From an uncultured Nitrospinota bacterium (GTDB taxonomy: Bacteria > Tectomicrobia > Entotheonellia > J063 > CAVPRW01): a stretch of DNA of 64,000 nucleotides. Below, piece by piece: positions 1 to 12,340 of this stretch. The first letter of the stretch is position 1; each line of letters opens with the position of its first letter. Where the stretch lies: NCBI GenBank assembly GCA_963707985.1, contig CAVPRW010000029.1:74815-138814 (forward strand). Reading direction: 5' to 3'. Position numbers and translations under genes: made by a program. The notes beneath the pieces are model-generated. The model saw nothing but the letters and a program-made list of their open reading frames with translations. It ran no database searches and was not told the origin of the DNA.

Positions 1-1576
1 TGCCATTGCTGGGTTGCCAATCGGCGACCTTAGCACTAGCAGCAAAGGGTGTATGCCGTAGCACAATGGGCATGGCCCAGTATTCCTCGTAGAGCTCGCG
101 ATTGATCTCGCGCAGGCGCCGATCCCGCGCCACGACATCGATGATCCCCGAGACCTCGACAAACAGCCGCTCAGAGCGCTCCTGGTTCCAGTACACCGAG
201 GTTGAGCCCCCCGCCTGGTGACCGAGCATGAACACGCGCATGTTGTTCAACAAGGATGGCCGGGCCCAGGGAAACTGCACGCCCACGGCCGCCGGCGGGT
301 CGAATTTCTGGGGTCGCGACTGCGTACGCGAGCGGAAGGCACTATAGTCGATGGTCACGAGCTCGACATCGATGTCGAGCTTACGCCAGTAGCTGGCGAT
401 GACCTCGTTCACTTCTAGTTGTTCGGGGTTGGCCGTAAAGAAAAAGTTCCAATAGGTGACCTTTTCCCCCTTATACCCAGATGCCTTCAGCAGACGCTTG
501 GCTTCCTCAGGATCATACCGGTAGGGCGGGAGCTCTGGATCATAACCCAACGTCACCCGGCTGAACAGCGGCGCGCCACCTCGCTGCCGCTCACCCACCT
601 CGGGCGGATAGAACGCCTTCACCACCGCATCCCAATCGACCCCGAGGATCAGCGCCTTGCGGAACTCCAACTTATGGGTCAGAAACGCCGGGTCGTAGGT
701 TTTGTAGAACGACAGCATCGGAAATCCGGTATCTCTGGGGCCGATGATCTTGTAGCCGTCATTCTTGAGCGGCTCCACGTCCTGCGGCTCCAGCGAAATG
801 AGCTCGGCCTCCCCACGCTTCAGCATGGCCACACGCGTGCGGGATTCAGGCACCAACAGCATGTGCAGCTTCGCAAAGCCGGGGATACGCTCGCGGTTCC
901 AGTAGGCGCTATTGGCCTCGTATTCGATGTACTGGCCGATCTCGCGCTTGACGAACTTCCATGGGCCGCTGCCCATGGGTTTCTCCTCGAACCCCTGGAG
1001 CCCGACCTTGTCGATATAATGCTTGGGGAGTACTAAGAAATTGCCCTCCAGGGGCCCAAACGCATCGGGAATACCAACATCGGCGCGTTTGAGATGCATA
1101 CGGACGGTCGTCGGATCGACGACTTCCGTGCGGTCGAGATTGGTACGCACCGCGCCACATTGCGTGCATTGCGTGGTTGGACCGGCATAATGGTCGAGGC
1201 TGAACTTGATATCATCCGCGGTCATCTCGGTGCCATCATGCCACTTGACGCCTTTCCGCAGGACAAAGGTCCACACAGTGGCATCGGCGTTGGACTCATA
1301 GCGCTCCAGCGCCCCATAGTCCGTGGTGAGCTTGCCCTCAGGCGTGGCCCCGATGAACCAGTCAAACATCTGGCCGTGGTAGGGAAGCCCAGGAGTGCCG
1401 TCCTGAGCCGGATCCATGATTTCCTTTGAAAAAGTGTGGAAGGCCACCCGCACGGTGCCCTGGGGTGTGACCGATGCAGCACCCAAGACGGGCGTGGCTC
1501 CTGCCCACATGCTAAGCACGGAGCCGATGACCAGACTGAACGCCGTAAACCAAGAAAAACGCCGCTGTCGTCTCAT
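1..1576 (-). CDS. ABC transporter substrate-binding protein, family 5 (DppA/OppA-like); 3' end runs off the window
   Basis: Manual translation from ATG 1576: signal peptide MRRQRRFSWFTAFSLVIG, then WTFVLRKGVKWHDG, PMGSGPWK, YDPEEAKRLL. Open to the window edge, so absent from the ORF track. Confidence 0.85.
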   Translation of the reverse strand, partial: MRRQRRFSWFTAFSLVIGSVLSMWAGATPVLGAASVTPQGTVRVAFHTFSKEIMDPAQDGTPGLPYHGQMFDWFIGATPEGKLTTDYGALERYESNADATVWTFVLRKGVKWHDGTEMTADDIKFSLDHYAGPTTQCTQCGAVRTNLDRTEVVDPTTVRMHLKRADVGIPDAFGPLEGNFLVLPKHYIDKVGLQGFEEKPMGSGPWKFVKREIGQYIEYEANSAYWNRERIPGFAKLHMLLVPESRTRVAMLKRGEAELISLEPQDVEPLKNDGYKIIGPRDTGFPMLSFYKTYDPAFLTHKLEFRKALILGVDWDAVVKAFYPPEVGERQRGGAPLFSRVTLGYDPELPPYRYDPEEAKRLLKASGYKGEKVTYWNFFFTANPEQLEVNEVIASYWRKLDIDVELVTIDYSAFRSRTQSRPQKFDPPAAVGVQFPWARPSLLNNMRVFMLGHQAGGSTSVYWNQERSERLFVEVSGIIDVVARDRRLREINRELYEEYWAMPIVLRHTPFAASAKVADWQPSNG

Positions 1577-1899
1577 GTACACTCCCAACCTGCACGTCGC
1601 CTCGAACAGCGACAGGTCTATAGTTACTCATCAATCGTCTATTCATATGACGCTCGACCAGTCTCCACTGGAGTCGCGCTTTTCAGGCAGAGGGCTTCCT
1701 TGAGCGCTTCCTACCGATGCAGGGGCAATGCCATGCAGATCAGCCACACCTAGGGCTCCCGCAGCTTCATGGGCACGCTCTCACGCCAGAGCGCTGATAG
1801 CGCACCGCGAGCCCGAGCACAGGCGTGAGAGGGGGTGTATTCCGGAGGTCGACGCCGCTCCCGGATGGGGAATTCAGGGAAGCCAAACGCCTAGATTTA

Positions 1900-2015
1900 C
1901 GGCAAAGGTGTCATAGAGGTGGTTATCATTTGACCGGAGCGGACCTGGCGGCAGGCTTGCCCGTCGGGACAAGCGTCGTGGAGTCGGCCTGCGGTTCTGT
2001 CGTGAAGCATCGACT
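1900..2015 (+). mobile_element. ISKra4-family transposase C-terminal remnant
   Basis: GLPVGTSVVESACGSVVKHRL resembles the GLPIGSGxVESAC..VK.R motif of this family. Confidence 0.5.
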
Positions 2016-2066
2016 CTCATTCTCCTTTCAAGTCAAGGGTAGCAGCTTTATACCTTTGCGACACCT

Positions 2067-5000
2067 TCAGCATGTTGATTGAACCTTGTGGAGAACTTCT
2101 GCCAAGTGCCTGGCGAAGACTCTACCATGTGGCTCTTGAAACAGCCCGAAGTGATCCCCAGGGACCACATGCGTTTCCCATGCTCCGACGGCGAACTTGC
2201 GCCACTCAACTGGCAGCTGGTCCGGACTTTGTTCGGCTCGGAAGAAAACGACATGCCCTGGATACGGCTGGGGAATGTAGGCACGACCAGCCTGCAGGCC
2301 CACGTGGAGGAAGTACGGCATACAGAGCCGGCGGGGTATGCGGCGCCCAGTCTTCAGGTAGCGCTCACAGATGATGTTGGCAAGGGTTCTGCCAATCTTG
2401 GTCAGGCTTTTTCTGCACCGTACCCACACCGGTGGATGATACTGGAGACTCGTCGGATCAATCAAGATCAGCAGTGCCACCTCTTGCCCTTGCCTGCGCA
2501 CCTGTTGAGCCATTTCAAAGGCGATCATGCCACCGATAGAGGCCCCTCCCAAAAAGTACGGCCCCTGGGGCTGGAACGTCTGGATATCTTTGAGGTAATC
2601 GGCGGCCATGGCCTCAATGGAGCTGGGGGCACGTCGACCATCCAGGGCATGCGGATGCAACGCGTAATACGGTTGCTCCTCAGGCATTGCACAGCCCATG
2701 AGTTCGACGCCATGCACGCAGAAGAAGGGTGGTTTGCTGCCTCCAGGGCGATAGGCCAGGAGTAAGGACGGCGGAGCCGTCCACCCGGCTTGACGGAGCT
2801 GGGTGGCCAGGAGTTCGACGGTGGGCGCCTGATATAGGCTGGCGAGTGGAACATGCCTCCCGAGTACCTTCTCCATCTGGGCGCAAAGGCGTACAGCTAG
2901 GAACGAGTGTCCTCCCAGGGCAAAGAAGTTATCCTGCACCCCAATGGATGCCAGACCCAGGCCCTGCTCCCACACCTTGGTCAGCTGGTATTCCAACTGA
3001 TCGCGCGGCGCCACAAAAGTGTTGGTTGGCGTAGCGCGTCCGGGCTCCGGCGTTGGCAGCGCCTGACGATCCACTTTGCCGTTCGGCATCAGCGGCAAGG
3101 TCCTGAGAGGCACAAAGACCGCTGGAATCATGTAGTCAGGGAGTGTTGCCTGGAGAAACCTGCGGAGCTCACCGTTATCAGGGACGGTGTGGAGGGCAGG
3201 GACGAAGTACGCTGCCAGATATTTCTCCCCGGCGTGGTCCTCACGTAGCACGACTACGGCCATTCGTACGCCCGGATGGTGTGCCAAGACTGCTTCGATT
3301 TCCCCGAGTTCGATACGGTACCCGCGGAGCTTCACCTGGGCATCGAGACGCCCAAGAAACGCCAGGTTGCCGGTGGAGAGCAGCCGGACGAGGTCACCTG
3401 TTTGGTACAGCCGTGCTGTGGAATCAGGGCTAAAGGGGTTGGGGACAAACTTGAGATCAGTAAGCTCAGGCCGATTGCGGTAGCCGCGGGCCAAGCCTGC
3501 TCCACCAATATACAGTTCTCCCGCTACCCCGATCGGCACGGGTTGTTGCTGGGCGTTCAAGACGTAGAACTGCGTGTTGGCAATTGGCCGTCCGATGTTC
3601 ATAGAGGCATCCGTGGCCGCTACCTGGGAGACAGCAGACCAGATCGTTGTCTCGGTGGGACCATACATATTCCAGAGCGAGGCGCACCGAGTCAGGAGCT
3701 GTTCGGCCAAGTCCTGCGAGAGGGCTTCGCCACCACAGAGGACCTTCAGGTGCGGGCTGCCTTGCCACCCAGTGTCCACCAGAAGGCGCCAGGTTGCCGG
3801 AGTGGCTTGCATGACCGTTGCACCAGAGTGTGCCAGCAGTGCGGCGAGTCGTGTGCCGTCCATGGCCGTGGCTCGACTGCTAATGACCGCCCGAGCGCCT
3901 ACTAACAGCGGCAGGTAGAGTTCGAGCGCAGCAATATCAAAGGAGATGGTGGTTACGGCCAGCAACGTATCCTGCGCCGTCAAGCCTGGCTGTTGGCGCA
4001 TCGCATAGAGAAAGTTGGTCAGCGCCTGGTGGCCAATTTGTACCCCTTTGGGTTTGCCCGTCGAGCCCGAGGTATAGATGACATAGGCGAGGTCGGACGC
4101 GGTGGTCATACTGGGTACGTTGGCGTCGCTTTCCTGCGCAATCGTTCCCCAGTCGGAGTCGAGGCAGATCATCTGCGCGGGCGATGTTGGGAGGCTCATC
4201 CGCAGATGCTCCTGGGTGAGCAAGATGTGGAGGTCGGCATCTGCTAGCATGAATGTCAGGCGCTCTGGCGGATAGGTCGGATCGAGCGGCACGTACGCGC
4301 CACCCGCTTTGAGAATGCCTAGCAGCCCCACCAGCATCTCCAGTGAGCGCTCGACACAGAGCCCCACCAACACCTCAGGGCCGACGCCCAGCCGCCGGAG
4401 ATAATGCGCCACCTGATTGGCCCGGCGATTCAGGGTGTGATAGGTCAGAGACTGGTCCTCGTACACCACCGCAATGGCCTCCGGCGTGCGCACCACCTGG
4501 GCCTCAAACAACGTCTGGATACAGGTATCAGTGGGGTATTCTGCCTGGGTGGCATTCCAGGCCACGAGTATCTGTTGCCGCTCAGCCGCTGTTAACAGCG
4601 GTAAGCCGGCAATGGTTTGGTTTGGATTCGCCACTATCCCCTCGAGCAGGCACTGGAAATGCCCTGCAAGACGTGCAATGGTTGTCTCGTCAAACAGATC
4701 CGTGTTATACTCCCAGGCTGCTTTCCAGCATCCCCGCTGCTTCTCTCATAAACAGGGTCAAATCAAACTTTGCAGTACCACACCCTATTGGGAACGGGCG
4801 CGCTGTCAGATCTAGGAGCTCCAGAGAGACATCTGGCACATTCTGCCAGGCAAACATGACCTGACACAACGGCGCATGGCTGAGCTGACGCATTGGTTGG
4901 AGTTCTTCGACGAGCTTCTCAAACGGTAGATCCTGGTGGGCATGCGCCCCCAGGGTGACCTCGTATACTTGTTTTAGTAATGCCCGAAAGGGCAGCGCGC

Positions 5001-6031
5001 TCGATACGGCTGTGCGTAGCACAAGCGTGTTCACAAACAACCCGATCAATCCCTCAAGCGCCGGGTAATGACGGTTCGCAATCGGGGCACCCACCAGGAT
5101 ATCGTCTTGACCGCTATAGCGATGCAGCAGGGCCTGCAAGGCTGCCAATAGGGTCATAAAGAGGGTTACTCCTTCGCCTTGGCTTAGCGTTTTGAGTGCA
5201 GTACTCAGGCCGCGGGGGAGTACCAGGGGGTATCTTGCTCCGTGGAAGGTTTGGACTGTCGGTCGTGGACGATCCGTGGGCAGCTCCAGCAGTGGCGGGC
5301 TTCCTGCAAGCTGCTGCTTCCAGTAGGAAAGTTGCTGTTCTAGCACCTCTCCTTGCAGCCGCTGCCGCTGCCAAACGGCATAATCGGCGTATTGGATTGG
5401 CAAGGCTGTTAGCGGGGATGATGTCGCGGTACAGTGGGCTCGATAAAGCGCTGCTAATTCCCGGAAGAACACTTCGAGGGACCACCCATCTGTGACAATG
5501 TGGTGCAGCGTAACCTGAACGACATACTCTTCTGGCCCCATCTGGATGAGTAAGACGCGACACAGAGGATCACGTGCTAAGTCAAAAGGCTGTTGGGCCT
5601 CGGCAGTGCAGCGCTGCAGCATTTGCACCGCTTGTTCTGCCGCAGGCACTCCCTGAAGATCTACCCGCTGCAACGGCATAGAGGCACTGGCAGCTATAAT
5701 CTGAACCGGCTCCCCATCTGTGGCAACAAACGTCGTGCGCAGAGCTTCATGGCGCTGCACAATGTCATGGAGACTCTGTTCCAGGGCCATCGGTTGGAGC
5801 GAGCCACTGAGGCGGTAGGCAACCGAAAGGTTATAGAGCGGCGTGCCTGGCGCCCACTGGTCGAGGAACCATAACCGCTGCTGGGCGAACGACAGCGGTG
5901 GGGCGGACAAGTCGCCGCGTCGGGGAATCGTCGGGGCAGGAGCAGAGGTCCTCCTCTTCTAACAAATACGCCAGCAGTTCCAGCTTGTCTGCGGGTAGCG
6001 CCGCAATATCGGTAGAAAGTAGCCTTTCCAT
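2067..6031 (-). CDS. NRPS 2: docking-C-A(Gly)-T-TE; apparent frameshifts near 5910 and 4700
   Basis: HHIVTDG C motif; YTSGSTGKPKG; NMYGPTETTIWS; GGHS carrier; GASIG thioesterase. Pocket residues read D-I-L-Q-L-G-M-I-W, glycine-type. Confidence 0.9.
4294..4559. repeat. Near-identical ~266 bp direct repeat, copy 1 (A-domain N-terminus)
   Basis: Matches 7700-7965 with about 3 mismatches by eye. Confidence 0.9.
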
Positions 6032-6036
6032 TTCCT

Positions 6037-9000
6037 TCAACCTCTTGCTCGGCTTTTTTGTTGTAACGCATGGTGTACGTCTTCAGGCGACATTGCCGTG
6101 AGGCGTTGCAGCATCCGCGCGATTTTTTCAGTCCGTCCGGGAGTGGCCTCATACGTGATGACTGCCTGTGCCAACTCGGCGACCGTGGGTGTTGCAAAGA
6201 ACTGTTGCAGGGGGAAGGTCACCTGGAGGACGCTATGCAGTCGGGAGATGATCTGGGTGGCCAACAACGAATGCCCTCCGAGCGCAAAGAAATTGTCATG
6301 AATACCAAGTTGCTGCAGGCCCAGGACTGCTCTCCAAATGTCCGCCACTGCTGCTTCCACGGCAGTCCGTGGAGGCTCAAAGGGGCAGTCGGGATCAAGG
6401 GGTTGGTGTCGGGTCCTGGCAGCACCCGTCGATCCACCTTGCCGTTGGGCAGTAATGGTAAGGCGTCAAGCCAGACAATGGCGGCAGGCACCATATAGTC
6501 GGGTAATGCTTGCTGGACAGTCTGGCGTAGAACGCTGACGGGTGGACGGACGGATGGGTTCGCGACCACATAGGCAATGAGACGCGTCTTTCCTGCTTCC
6601 TGCGCCTGGGCAAGCACCATGGCTTGACGCACTGCCGGGTGGCGATGCAGTACTGTCTCTATTTCGCCAAGCTCGATACGGAAACCACGAACCTTTACCT
6701 GGGTGTCCAGACGGCCAAGAAACTCAAGATTCGCAGTGGGAAGGAGCCGGACGAGATCACCAGTTTTATAGAGACGTGCGGTGGGATCCGGGCTAAAGGG
6801 ATTGGGAATAAACTTGGCAGCCGTCAGCTCCGGACGATTCAGGTAGCCGCGAGCCAGTCCTCGCCCACCGATGTGGAGTTCGCCAGGCACGCCTATCGGT
6901 ACCGGCTGAAGCTGTTGATCCAGCACATATGTCTGCACGTTACGGACGGCACGACCAATGGGGATTACGCGCCTTATGGTCTCTCGCTCTTCTCTCTCTG
7001 AGAGCACGCACATGGTGGCGGCTATGGTCGTTTCGGTTGGACCATACGCATTGATCAACCGCACAGCGCGATCGACCCGTTTGTGCCATTGTTGTAAGTG
7101 CTCCTGCTGCGCCTGTTCTCCACCAATGATCACCAGACGGACTGCGGCAGGAAGGGCCAGGGATGGCGCGTCGAGCGTGGCAGCGAGTTCATGCCAGTAG
7201 GCGGTTGGGAGATCCAGGACGGTCAACCCCCATTCTTGACACTTTTGCATAAACACCGGTATGGAAGTCCAGCATCCCTTCTGTTCGCAGAACAAGTGTT
7301 GCCCCGTGCGTCAGGCATGTGAAGATTTCCTGCGCGGCCGGATCGAAATTGAGCGAAATAAATTGCAGCAGGCGGTCTCTGGGTTCTATAGCAAAGACGG
7401 CACTCGCGGCCTCAATGTAGTTTACCAACGACTGGTGCTCGATCATAACACCTTTGGGTATGCCAGTGGAGCCAGACGTATAAATGACATAGGCCAGATG
7501 CTTGGCCGTCACCCCACTGCACAGGTTGTCGGCGCTCTCGCATGCCAGCACATCCCAGTCTGCGTCCAGGGCGATGAGCCGCACTCGGTGTCCCGAGAGG
7601 AGTGGCCTCAAGCGCTGTTGTGTAAGGACGATGGACAGCTGGCTATCCTCTATCATGCAGTCAAGGCGTTCCGTCGGGTACGCAGGGTCCAGCGGTACAT
7701 ACGCGCCACCCGCTTTGAGAATGCCTAGCAGCCCCACCAACATCTCCAGTGAGCGCTCGACACAGAGCCCCACCAACACCTCAGGGCCGACGCCCAGCCG
7801 CCGGAGATAATGCGCCACCTGATTGGCCCGGCGATTCAGCGTGTCATAGGTCAGAGACTGGTCCTCGTACACCACCGCAATGGCCTCCGGCGTGCGCACC
7901 ACCTGGGCCTCAAACAACGTCTGGATACAGGTATCAGTGGGGTATTCTGCCTGGGTGGCATTCCATGTGACCAGCACCTGCCGCTGTTCGGACTCTGTCA
8001 GGAGTGGGAGGTGGGCAATAGGCTGATTAGGATTGGCCACAATCCCGGCTAATAAGGTCTGGAAGTGTGCCCCAAACCGCCTAATGGTGGCTGCTTCAAA
8101 CAGGTCAGTGTTGTATTCGAACACGCAGGATAACCCGTGAGGGTGGTCGCTGACGTCCACCGCCAGGTCAACCATGGCCGCACCGCGGTCAAACTCGTGC
8201 TCTTCCACCATGAGCCCTTGTACCTCCGTGGCCATAGGGGGGAGGTTACGGAGTTGAAACATGACCTGGAAGAGTGGATTGCGGCTCAGATCGCGTTCCG
8301 GTTGTAAGGCTTCCACTAGCTTTTCAAACGGCACCTCCTGGTGCGTATAGGCATGCAAGGCCACGTCACGCACACGCCGGAGCGCTTCGCGAAACGTGGG
8401 GCTCCCAGAGAGGTCTGTGCGCAGGACCAGGGTGTTCACAAACACCCCTATAAGAGCTTCGGTGTCGATCCAATGACGGCCGGCCACTGGGGAGCCTACG
8501 ACAATGTCCTCCTGGCCGGTATACCGAAACAGCAAGGTCTGGAAAGCTGCCAGTAGGGTCATGAACAGGGTCACCTGTTCGTCGCTGGCTCAGGGCCTTG
8601 AGGGCGACGCTGAGGCTCTGTGGGAGCGCAAGCGTGTACCGCGCGCCTCGAAACGTCTGGACCGCTGGGCGTGTGTGGTCAGTGGGCAAGGCTAAGACCG
8701 GTAGATTCGCACCAAGGTGCTGCTGCCAGGCGGTTAGCTGGGCGTCGAGCCGTGGGCCGTGCAGCCATTGCCGTTGCCAGTGGGCGAAGTCTGCATACTG
8801 CAGGGGCAGCGGCGGGAGTTGCGACGGCTTGCCAGCGCAATAGGCATCATACAATACCGCGAGATCGCGCCAGAGAACCCCGACCGACCATCCGTCAAAG
8901 ACGATATGATGCATGACCAGGAGGAGTATGTGCTCTGTGTGACTTAGCCGTAGCAACGTTGTGCGCAGCAACGGGCCATGGGCTAAATCGAACTTATGCT

Positions 9001-11176
9001 GTGAGGCTGCACTCATGAGTCGCTGCGCTGCGGCTGTTTTTACCGGCCCGGGTAGAGCCTTGAGGTCGGCGACTGCCAGTTCCATTGGCTGCTGTGGGGC
9101 AATGACTTGTATGGGTCGTCCATCCACATCTGGAAAGGTGCTACGCAAGATTTCGTGACGCTGCACAACTGCATTCAGGCTGTGCTCCAATGCCGCGACA
9201 TTGAGCGGCCCACGCAGGCGCAGTGCAACAGGGCGGTTATAGACAGGACTGCCTGGCTCGAATTGGTTGAAAAACCACAAGCGTTCCTGGGCATTTGAAA
9301 GGGGCCGGGCATCATCTCTGGGCATAGCCGCTGTGGGTCGCGGCGGCAATGCCTCGGTGGCCTGTCTGGCGGTTGCCATATGGCTAGCCAGGTCGGCCAC
9401 GGTAGGATGTTCAAAAAAGACCAGAAACGACAGTTCCACCTGCAGGATCTGGCGTACCCGCGCGAGAATCTGTGTGGCTAGGATAGAATCGCCACCCAGT
9501 TGGAAAAAATTATCATGGATTCCCAAGGGCGTGACCCCTAACACCTGGGAGTAGATTTCAACCAGTATGCCTTCCAGAGGCGTGCGTGACGCGATACATG
9601 CGGGAGTGGCAGAGGGCAGCTGTGCATTGGCGGTCAGGCCGAGTTTTTCCGCTAGACCAAGACGCTGCAATTTCCCCGTGGCGCTTTTGGGGATCTCATC
9701 CAGACAGAGCACCTGGCGTGGTACTTTAAAATCCGCCAAACGCGTGGCGGCAAAGGCGCGGAGTTCTGTCGCCATTGCGACAGCGCCTGGGCGTAACACC
9801 ACCGCCGCAGCAACGTCCTCACCCAAGTGCACATGCGGCATGGCAAAGGCGACGGCCTGGGCAACTGCTGGATGCGTCAGCAACACGTCCTCAACTTCGT
9901 GTGGCGCAATTTTTTCTCCAGCGCGGTTGATGAGCTCCTTGAGGCGTCCGGTGAGAAAGAGATAGCCCTCCGGGTCCAGGAACCCCTGATCCCCGGTTCT
10001 GAACCAGCCGTGATAATAGGCTCTGGCGTTCGCTGCTGAGTTGTTAGCGTAGCCTATGGTCACGTTGGCCCCGCGAATCACCACCTCAGCCGTTTCTCCT
10101 GGCGGTAACACGCGGCCCGTTTCGTCCATAATTGCCACCTCGGGTCCTGCTGCCAACCCCACAGACCCGATCTTGCGTTCCGCAGGCGGCAGCGGATTAC
10201 TGGCAATCTGATGTGCTGCCTCAGTCATGCCATAGGCCTCGATCACTGGCACCCCAAAAGTACGCTCCAGCTCTGCCATGACCGGTGGTGGTAAGGGCGC
10301 AGAGCACGAGCGAATGAAACGGAGAGGACAGCGGGCAATAACCTCTCTCTGCTGTCCCGCCCGTGTCAGTATGCCCTGATGCATAGTAGGCACGGCGGTG
10401 TACCACGTTGGGCGGCACTCGGTGAGCCAGGTGAAAAAATTCAGGGCGTGAAACCCTGGGGTACACACTACGCTTGCACCCGCAACCAGTGATGAGAGGA
10501 TGGCACCGACGAGACCGTGGATGTGAAACAGCGGCATAATGTTCAAACAGCGGTCACGGGCATCCAGAGCAAGCGTCTGGGCTATGTTGTGGGCAGACAT
10601 CATTAAGTTACGCTGTGTCAGTGGCACGATCTTCGGCCGTGAAGTAGTACCGGACGTATGCAGGATGAGAGCGACATCGTCTGCATGCGTCTCCTCCTGC
10701 GCCGCGGCGGCAGGAGGAATATCGCCCTGCAACATAAAGCGGCCAGCTTCGGCCTCGCGGATTGGCGTCAATTCGATCAGAGGGATCCCTCGCGCTTGTG
10801 CCACGTTACGCGCTGGCGACGCAACGCCAGATTGGACGATCAGGACGCTGATCCCCAGGTCCGCAAAGTAGAACTCGTACTCATTGTCGCGATAGGCCGG
10901 GTTGAGCGGTACAAACGCTCCATTTGCTGCCAGGGCGAGAAACGCCACCGCTGCTTCCGGGCCGTTGGGGAGTACCACCGCCACCCGATCCTGGCGTCCT
11001 ACTCCGAGCGTTCTCAGCGTCTGGCGTGTCTCTTGCGAGCATTGCCAAAGTTGGCTATAGGTCATCGGGGTTCGATCTGGAGCCAAGATGGCATTAGCCT
11101 GAGGGGTACGATGCGCCTGGGCTGCAAGCCAGGCAGATATGCTGCAATCGTGCAGAACATGGGGTGCGAGGGCCAT
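6037..11176 (-). CDS. NRPS 1: acyl-CoA-ligase-like starter-T-C-A-T; apparent frameshifts near 8575, 7290 and 6365
   Basis: HTSGTTSRPK and MPLFHIHGL ligase motifs; GGDS; HHIVFDG; YTSGSTGIPKG; NAYGPTETT; GGHS. Confidence 0.9.
7700..7965. repeat. Near-identical ~266 bp direct repeat, copy 2
   Basis: Matches 4294-4559. Confidence 0.9.
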
Positions 11177-11899
11177 AAGACGCTTACCTCGTTTGCAAAC
11201 AACGCCAGAAACGCTTGGAAACCTTCGAAGTGACAGACTTCAGGCCATCGCTAGATGATGCGCTTGAAGTCTGCAAAAATGTCCAATACCTCACAGCGTT
11301 GCCCTCTGGCACTCGGTGTAAGGTGACGGTAACCGTACTGTCGTTCGTCCCTCTGGCGGTTGGGGTCTCCTCGAAGTGGAGGTTATCGGCAACTTGACGG
11401 AGGGTGAATCAGCCGGGATGGCATTAACTTCTATTCGGGCCTGCCCCCAGCGATAGGAGTTGCCGCAGCGCCAATCATAGGCTGAGGCAGTGGCGCCCGT
11501 TTTGCACGCCATAGTCACCCTCCCCTGCGGATCAACAGCGGCCCCGAGGCGACGAGCAGAGGTCCCTCTTCGACGAAATCGCTGGCTCCCATGAGGCCTC
11601 GGGCCATCAGCAGTGTCACCGTCTGAACCCCATGCGAGTCTCTCCAAGGACTGCATGGCATAGCAAGAGTGATACCCAAAGGGCCACCACATCTGCCTAC
11701 GCGTGCAGGAACTGCGCTGCAGAGCCGGCTCCGATCAGTTAAGCCGCTGGCACCTCTGCCGGGCGGGCGGCCGCGTGGTGTCTCATCTCTGCGACCTTGT
11801 GCGAAGGTCTGGCTTATATATGTGAGGCTGAGAGGTAGCGGGCAGGCGATTCCCACAGGAGAGACTTTCGTCTCAATAACGATATTCTCAGCATTATGG

Positions 11900-12230
11900 C
11901 TTTGATAGGTTAACTAGATCCAAGGCAATCACCAGGCATAGGGGTGAGAGAGCGGCCCCTCACGTGTCCCTTAGGCGCCCATTGGTGTGCAGGTAATCTC
12001 TCGCCACGCCTGAAATCGTTGCCTCATTTTCTGGCGGTAGACCAGAGAAGGAAGCAGGTGACGTTGGGGACGGAAGTGGGAGGTGATCGGCCTGTAGGTG
12101 GAGCGGAAAAACTCCGTGGCAGCCTTCTGGCTGCGCCGACGATACACGAGAATATCGAGGAGATGCCCTATCCTGAGTAGCTCAGGCAACAGCGGAAGTA
12201 GAGCCAAACGCAGTGACTGATGATCTCTAT
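11900..12230. mobile_element. Probable IS debris (IS6-like accessory sequence)
   Basis: No credible ORF; the LGTEVGGDRPVGGAEK and IHENIE segments recall decayed IS6-associated sequence; weak. Confidence 0.25.
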
Positions 12231-12340
12231 AGGGAGACGATGACGCTCATTTGGGTTGGGTGTAGGGGGTAGATTTATGCGGCAAGTATGCTATGGGGAG
12301 CCAGAACTAAACGAGTCGGGAGGTCAATTTGACTAGGCCC

